Origin: Nannocystis sp. RBIL2
Lineage (GTDB): Bacteria; Myxococcota_A; Polyangia; Nannocystales; Nannocystaceae
Direction: 5' to 3'
Length of the DNA: 64,000 nt
NCBI RefSeq assembly: GCF_026626745.1
Contig: NZ_JAPNJW010000001.1
Coordinates: forward strand, 844,311 to 908,310
Shown: positions 59,761 through 64,000 of the stretch, piece by piece
Layout of the letters: each line of letters opens with the position of its first letter
Numbering within the stretch: the stretch's first letter is position 1
Program-made: the position numbers and the translations under genes
Notes under the pieces: model-generated
What the model saw: the letters and a program-made list of their open reading frames with translations, nothing else
Databases searched by the model: none
Told to the model about the DNA's origin: nothing

Positions 59761-60315
59761 ATGAACACGCAGGACAAAGGCACGATCCACGTCTTCACGT
59801 TCAAGGACGGCCTGCTCGCGCGGCTCGCCCACGATCTCCGGCTGTCGCTGGGACGCTTCGAGATCCGCCGCGAAGGCACCGCGCTCAGCGGCCGCTTCTG
59901 GCCGGCCACGCTGAAGGTCGACGGCGTCGTCGGCAAGGACGGGCGCGTCGACGTCGATGGCCTCGGCGCCGGCGACAAGGCCAAGATCCAGCGCAACATC
60001 ACCGACGAGATCCTGCTGACCGCGCAGCACCCGGAGGTCAGCTTCACCGGCGCGCTCACCCCCGGCGGGGTCCTGGATGGCCGATTGGTCATGCTCGGAA
60101 GGACAGCCCCGGTGCGCGCCCCGGTCCGCGTCGAGGGCGACCGCCTGCGCGCCGAATTCACGCTCGTGCCCTCCCAGTGGGGCATCGCCCCGTACAAGGC
60201 GCTGGCCGGGGCGATCAAGCTGCAGGACCGCATCGTCGTCTCCCTCGACCTGCCCGCCGATCCCGACGCCGGCGGCGAGGCCACGCCCGACCCCTGCACC
60301 TGGGCAGCCCCCTGA
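59761..60315 (+). CDS. YceI-family protein.
   Basis: MNTQDKGTIHVFTFKDGLLARLAHDLRLS ... FWPATLKVDG ... LTAQHPEVSFTG is the YceI-like fold signature. Confidence 0.8.
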   Translation: MNTQDKGTIHVFTFKDGLLARLAHDLRLSLGRFEIRREGTALSGRFWPATLKVDGVVGKDGRVDVDGLGAGDKAKIQRNITDEILLTAQHPEVSFTGALTPGGVLDGRLVMLGRTAPVRAPVRVEGDRLRAEFTLVPSQWGIAPYKALAGAIKLQDRIVVSLDLPADPDAGGEATPDPCTWAAP

Positions 60316-60384
60316 CCGCGCACCCGCCGTAGCTCGCCGGCCGCACGGCCGCGGGCGCGCCTGGCCTGCGGGTGGCTGTCTTTA

Positions 60385-60454
60385 TGGGCATGCCCGAAAG
60401 GCCATGCTCCTCGGACCATGAAAAAGGGGACATGCTCGGACGAGCATGTCCCCC
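60385..60454. repeat. Five tandem 14-bp GRCATGYC-core units.
   Basis: CATG at 60389, 60403, 60417, 60431 and 60445, exactly 14 bp apart. They lie between the convergent genes yceI-like(+) and the BlaR1-like gene(-). Confidence 0.85.
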
Positions 60455-60477
60455 CGGACTCCTGCGAAGCTACAGTC

Positions 60478-62679
60478 TCACTTCACGCGGACCTGGCGGG
60501 CCGCCTCGCTGATCTTGCGCTGCTCCTCGGCGTCGATCACCCCGTCGCGCAGCGCCTCGTCGACCGCGCTGCGGACGGCGGCCGCGGCCCGCGAGGCCTC
60601 GGCCTTGTTGCGGCCCTTCTCGGCCTGCCGCGAGGCCCGCTCGCGCGCCCGCTCGGCCCGCTCGCGCGCCCGGTCGCCCTGTTCGCGCGCCCGGTCGCCC
60701 CGCTCGCGCGCCCGGTCCGCCCGCTCGCGCGCCCTCTCGGCGTCCTCCCGGGCCCGGTCGGCCTGCTCGCGCGCCCTCTCGACGCCGCGGAGCGACGCCT
60801 TGACCCCGCGCTGCACGTCGGCGGCGATCTTGTCGAAGTCGATGCCCTCCAGCTCGCGCTCGATCTGCTCGTCGAGGCCCTCGAGCTGGGCTTCGACCTG
60901 GGCCGCGATCGCCTCGGCCTGGGCCGCGATCGCCTCCTCGTCGATGTCCGGCACGTAGAACACGGGCGGGGGGACGGCCACGTGCGGCACGGCGATCGGC
61001 CGGACCATCACGTCGTGATCGTCGTCGTCGCAGTCGTCGTGGTCGTGCGCGACCACGACCTTGAAGCTGGGCGGCGTCGGCGGAGTCGGCGGCGTCGGCG
61101 GTGTGGGCGGCGTCGGCGGCGTCACGTGCGACACCGGCACGTACACCGCGTGCGTCGCCGGCACCGCGTACAGCCCGCTCTTGGCGCGCAGCTTGGCCGC
61201 CTTGCGGGCGTGCCGCTCGGCGCGGCGCAGCAGTCGCTTCTGCTTGCGGGTCAGCTCCTGCGCATGCTCGACGACGATGATCTCGTGCCCGTGGACCGCG
61301 TGGTCGTGCGGCGTCCGCACGGCCACGATCGGCGTCTCGGGCACGTGGACGAACGACAGCGTCGGCTGCGGCGCCGGCCCGTTGTCGGGCGCCGTCGGCC
61401 ACTCCTCCGGGGCACCTTGCGCCTCGGCCGCGATCGACAGCCCGGGCGCGCCGAACGTCACCATCGCCAGCAGCGCCGCGCCGAGGGCCACCCGCCAGCG
61501 CCGGGCCCACAGGCCGCGGTCGCGCAGGTGCACGTCGAGCAGGCGCTGCACCCGGCGCACCAGCTGCGAGGCGTGCCCCGCCATCGGGCTGGCGAACGCC
61601 GACATGTCCCGATGACCAGGCCACGCCGCGACCTCGGTCAGGCAGCGCGCCAGGTGCACCTCCGAACCGGTGTGGCGGACCGCCCAGTCGTCGCACAGCT
61701 CCTCCGCCGCCTCCTGCATGCCGCGGCGGGCCACTCGATTGAGCGGCTGGAAGAACAGCAGCGACTCGACGAACCCCGCCAGCACCTGCCACGCCGGATC
61801 GCGGCGCAGCACGTGGGCCAGCTCGTGGGCCAGCATCGCCTCCTGCTGCCGCGGCGCCAGCTCGCGCACCTGCTCCGGCACCACGATCTCGCGGCCGGTG
61901 AGGGCGATCGGCGAGCTGATGTCCGCGGACTCGCTCAGCGTGACGCTGTGGCCGGGCAGCCGCGCGTGGGCCAGCAGCCGCGTCAGGCGCTCGCGCAGCG
62001 AGCCCGAGCCGAGCAGGCGACGACCGCGGAGCCCGCGGCGCATACGGGAGAACGTCATCCCGAGCCGGCCGAGCGAGGCCGCGGCGCCGAACACGAACAG
62101 CCCCGCGAACGCCCACACCGCCGCGCTCACGCCCCCCATCGGGCCCGCAGTCGCTATCTGCATCGGCGCGGCCGCCAGCGGCGGTGCGGTCGTCGGCGCG
62201 GGCAACGGCGTCGGCGCGACCGCCCAGCCCGGCGCGTCCACGAACAGCGGCGGCGAGGCGAACACCGCCGTGATGTCGTCGTCGCTGACGACCACCAGGT
62301 GCGACTCGCAGCCGACGCACGCGCGGGTGAACGGCACCAGCAGCGTCGCCGGCTCCTCCTCGATCACCGGCGGCGGCGGGGCTGCCGTCGTCGGCGCGGT
62401 CACGGCCGGGCTGCTCGCCGCCACGGTGACGCGGCCGAACATCGGCTCGACCCCGAGCCCCGTCTGCAGCGTCGCCGTGAACAGCCCGCCGACCAGCGAT
62501 GTCTTCCACAGCAAGCTGCGGGTCAGCGCGTCGAGCGGCAGGAAGCGGCTGAACATCCACACGCCGCCGATGAGCACCGTCGAGTGGACGAAGTAGGTGC
62601 CGAGCCAGCTCACCGTCGTGTGAGCGGCCGGCGCCGCGAGACCGGCGAGGCCGGCAGGATCGATCGCAAGATCAAACAT
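60478..62679 (-). CDS. BlaR1/MecR1-family M56 peptidase-type signal transducer. The C-terminal region is TPP repeats plus an RARE-repeat coiled coil, with no penicillin-binding sensor domain.
   Basis: Four N-terminal TM helices. MLAHELAHVLRRD is the HEXXH zinc site. TPPTPPTPPTPPTPP and RAREQADRAREDAERARERADRARERGDRAREQGDRARERAERARERA are encoded by 9- and 36-bp tandem repeats. Confidence 0.8.
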   Translation of the reverse strand: MFDLAIDPAGLAGLAAPAAHTTVSWLGTYFVHSTVLIGGVWMFSRFLPLDALTRSLLWKTSLVGGLFTATLQTGLGVEPMFGRVTVAASSPAVTAPTTAAPPPPVIEEEPATLLVPFTRACVGCESHLVVVSDDDITAVFASPPLFVDAPGWAVAPTPLPAPTTAPPLAAAPMQIATAGPMGGVSAAVWAFAGLFVFGAAASLGRLGMTFSRMRRGLRGRRLLGSGSLRERLTRLLAHARLPGHSVTLSESADISSPIALTGREIVVPEQVRELAPRQQEAMLAHELAHVLRRDPAWQVLAGFVESLLFFQPLNRVARRGMQEAAEELCDDWAVRHTGSEVHLARCLTEVAAWPGHRDMSAFASPMAGHASQLVRRVQRLLDVHLRDRGLWARRWRVALGAALLAMVTFGAPGLSIAAEAQGAPEEWPTAPDNGPAPQPTLSFVHVPETPIVAVRTPHDHAVHGHEIIVVEHAQELTRKQKRLLRRAERHARKAAKLRAKSGLYAVPATHAVYVPVSHVTPPTPPTPPTPPTPPTPPSFKVVVAHDHDDCDDDDHDVMVRPIAVPHVAVPPPVFYVPDIDEEAIAAQAEAIAAQVEAQLEGLDEQIERELEGIDFDKIAADVQRGVKASLRGVERAREQADRAREDAERARERADRARERGDRAREQGDRARERAERARERASRQAEKGRNKAEASRAAAAVRSAVDEALRDGVIDAEEQRKISEAARQVRVK

Positions 62680-63082
62680 CGTCGTGTTCCTCAGCTCCGC
62701 CGGATCGTTCGGCCAATAGTCGTTGCAGGCGCGCGACGTCGTCCGGTTCGACGCTGCGGCCTTCGACGAGGTGGCTGACCAGCGCCGCCACGTCCCCGCC
62801 GAAGAAGTAATCGGTGAGCCTGCCCAGCATCGAGCGCCTCACGTCCACCTCGCACACGAGCGCCCGGTAGATGAACTGCCGGCCCTCCGTGCGGTGCGCG
62901 ATGGTCCCCTTCTTCTCCAGCCGCGACAGCATCGTCGACACCGTCGTCGGCGCGAGCCCCCGATCTTGCTCGACCAGAGCCGCATGCACCTCGAGCGCCG
63001 TCGCCTCCCCGCGGTCCCACAAGATCCGCAGCAGGCCGAGCTGCAGATCGCTGAGCTGGAGTACCTCACCCATGAACGACAA
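62672..63082 (-). CDS. BlaI/MecI/CopY-family transcriptional repressor.
   Basis: LSDLQLGLLRILWDRGEATALEVHAALVEQ ... TVSTMLSRLEKKGTI is the winged-helix penicillinase-repressor fold. It overlaps the BlaR1-like start by 8 nt. Confidence 0.85.
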   Translation of the reverse strand: MSFMGEVLQLSDLQLGLLRILWDRGEATALEVHAALVEQDRGLAPTTVSTMLSRLEKKGTIAHRTEGRQFIYRALVCEVDVRRSMLGRLTDYFFGGDVAALVSHLVEGRSVEPDDVARLQRLLAERSGGAEEHDDV

Positions 63083-63270
63083 GCGTAGTACTACAGGTGT
63101 AGTAAGCCGTCAAGCGAGATTTTTCAGCCCCTGGCGGCCTTCCAGAGCGAGTGCGCGAAAACGCTCCGACCTGCACTTTCGTACATGTCAACCGTCCGAC
63201 GCGCAGTCAGCGCAGGCCATTGTTCGCGCTCCTTTAATGGGCTCGACCGTGGCCGACGTGCTCCATTCGA

Positions 63271-63340
63271 CATGTGCACATAGACATGTCTAATAGGACA
63301 CTAATATTAAAACATTACCTGAAGAACATGTCCATTCGTG
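63271..63340. repeat. AT-rich variant of the 14-bp array (5 units) in the blaI-like upstream / divergent region. It includes the perfect palindromes ATGTGCACAT and TAGACATGTCTA.
   Basis: CATG or CAYT cores at 63271, 63285, 63299, 63313 and 63327, exactly 14 bp apart. At about 45% GC, this is the most AT-rich 70 bp in the window. Confidence 0.75.
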
Positions 63341-63743
63341 CATCCACGCGCCGAACGTTCGCGTGGCTGCGGCACCTCCTCCTCCGCACGTCCACAGCGC
63401 GGCCCGGTCATTCCGTGCATACGCGTCCTCGCAAGAGCGGAGAGCCCGACCTCGTCGAGCGAGGACAACCGGTCCCCGCCCCCGCTCACGAACGCGCCGA
63501 TCCCCGCAGTGCGCCCAGGGTGGGTGTCCACCGGCCGAGCGTTCGTGAAACATGTGGCGTTTCGCATCACCGAGGCGCCGCCCCGATTGGTTTCACCGCC
63601 GTCCGCGCCTCCGCGTGCGGACGCGACAGCCTCTCCGATCCGGAGCCGTGACCCGCCGCCGTGCCTGTCGCAGCTACTCCGGCGTGGCGCGGCGACGCGG
63701 CCGGCTTCGGCCCCCGCGAATCGCAGCACCGCGTAGGATTATC

Positions 63744-64000
63744 ATGTCAGCACGAATCTTCGTACCCGCGTTTGCGATGCTCCTCTTCACCGGCGCCTGC
63801 GGCGACGACGGCGACGGCCCCGAGGACACCACCGGCGCGACTGCGGGCGCACCGACGACGGACGACACCGCCGCCACCACCGACGAGTCGCCCACCAGCA
63901 CCACCGAGGCGACGCCCACCACCAGCGCCAGCGACGGCGAGACCACCACCGACGCCACCACCGACGTCACCACCGGCGATCCGTCCACCGACACCGGCGC
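63744..64000 (+). CDS. Lipoprotein with a Thr-rich linker (5' part; runs off the window end).
   Basis: The N-terminus MSARIFVPAFAMLLFTGACGDDG has lipobox FTGAC. It is followed by TTDDTAATTDESPTSTTEATPTT low complexity. Confidence 0.55.
   Translation, partial: MSARIFVPAFAMLLFTGACGDDGDGPEDTTGATAGAPTTDDTAATTDESPTSTTEATPTTSASDGETTTDATTDVTTGDPSTDTG

Noticed and set aside
38371-64000. ORFs 38371..39036(-), 38433..40160(-) upstream of ATG 39209, 39254..40804(-) upstream of ATG 40237, 40942..41862(-), 42300..43193(+), 42563..43174(-), 43248..43886(+), 43300..44091(-), 44059..44847(+), 44093..44768(-), 45452..48358(+), 45687..47195(-), 48368..50374(+), 48957..50738(-), 50411..52168(+), 52810..54108(-), 54433..55872(+), 54471..55229(-), 55307..56104(+), 55924..56586(-), 56061..57323(+), 56987..58519(+), 58656..59624(-), 59536..60419(-), 60418..62778(+), 60470..62560(-), 63307..63729(-).
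   Set aside because: Same reasoning as above. They are mirror frames of the kinases, BlaR1-like gene, lipoproteins and others, or N-terminal extensions lacking protein-like composition.

Overview
This is a 64 kb, roughly 70% GC segment that looks myxobacterial (Myxococcales-like). Consistent with that lineage, it is rich in lipoproteins with Ser/Thr-rich linkers and carries a Hanks-type Ser/Thr kinase, a BlaR1/BlaI pair, Kazal/Cys-rich repeat proteins and many hybrid histidine kinases. About 57 protein-coding genes are supported. No rRNA, tRNA, CRISPR array or recognisable IS/transposase was found.

Gene content, left to right:
- An orphan T6SS spike module on the minus strand: vgrG, then a PAAR protein, then a novel membrane-helix cargo ORF that runs off the window start. 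An ATP-grasp gene lies divergent to vgrG.
- A run of lipoprotein genes, including one with a von Willebrand factor A (vWA) domain and one with 45-bp tandem repeats.
- A Ser/Thr kinase with a large TPR-like lipoprotein downstream.
- A hydrolase and sensor cluster: a GNAT acetyltransferase, a DUF3089 lipase, an alpha/beta hydrolase, a Cache-domain histidine kinase, MOSC, an S1/P1 nuclease, an azoreductase, HxlR and a class-3 lipase.
- A three-gene molybdo-flavo-iron-sulfur oxidoreductase operon (PaoABC/CoxSML-like) with ATGA start/stop overlaps.
- An AraC regulator divergent from a hydrolase, and a MarR/VOC pair.
- LRR-like proteins, two STAS-domain sensors, a protein carrying a DNRLRE domain (named for a conserved Asp-Asn-Arg-Leu-Arg-Glu motif) and a DUF3616 domain, and a cytochrome c lipoprotein.
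- A TerB-like protein.
- A dense two-component block of four histidine kinases and response regulators, including a dual-core 1120-aa hybrid kinase.
- A secreted protein with Kazal, Cys-rich and GON-like segments (GON = a domain first described in ADAMTS metalloproteases).
- YceI and a BlaR1(M56)/BlaI pair.

The most unusual signal is non-genic: a dispersed family of short tandem arrays with a dyad-symmetric GRCATGYC core. Each array has 2-9 units, and in the clean arrays the CATG cores are locked at exactly 14-bp spacing. Four of the six multi-copy arrays (8188, 13215, 19543, 60389) sit in the 3' junction of a convergent gene pair; the 5684 array follows a plus-strand gene on one side and a 45-bp repeat tract on the other, and the sixth (63271) is upstream of blaI. 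Chance expectation for the 8-mer is about one copy in the whole window, and I recognise no described element it resembles.

A second oddity is a roughly 55-bp promoter-plus-start-codon element (TCGTGGTATATC...ATGACGACCCCATCCGA) duplicated in front of two unrelated genes.
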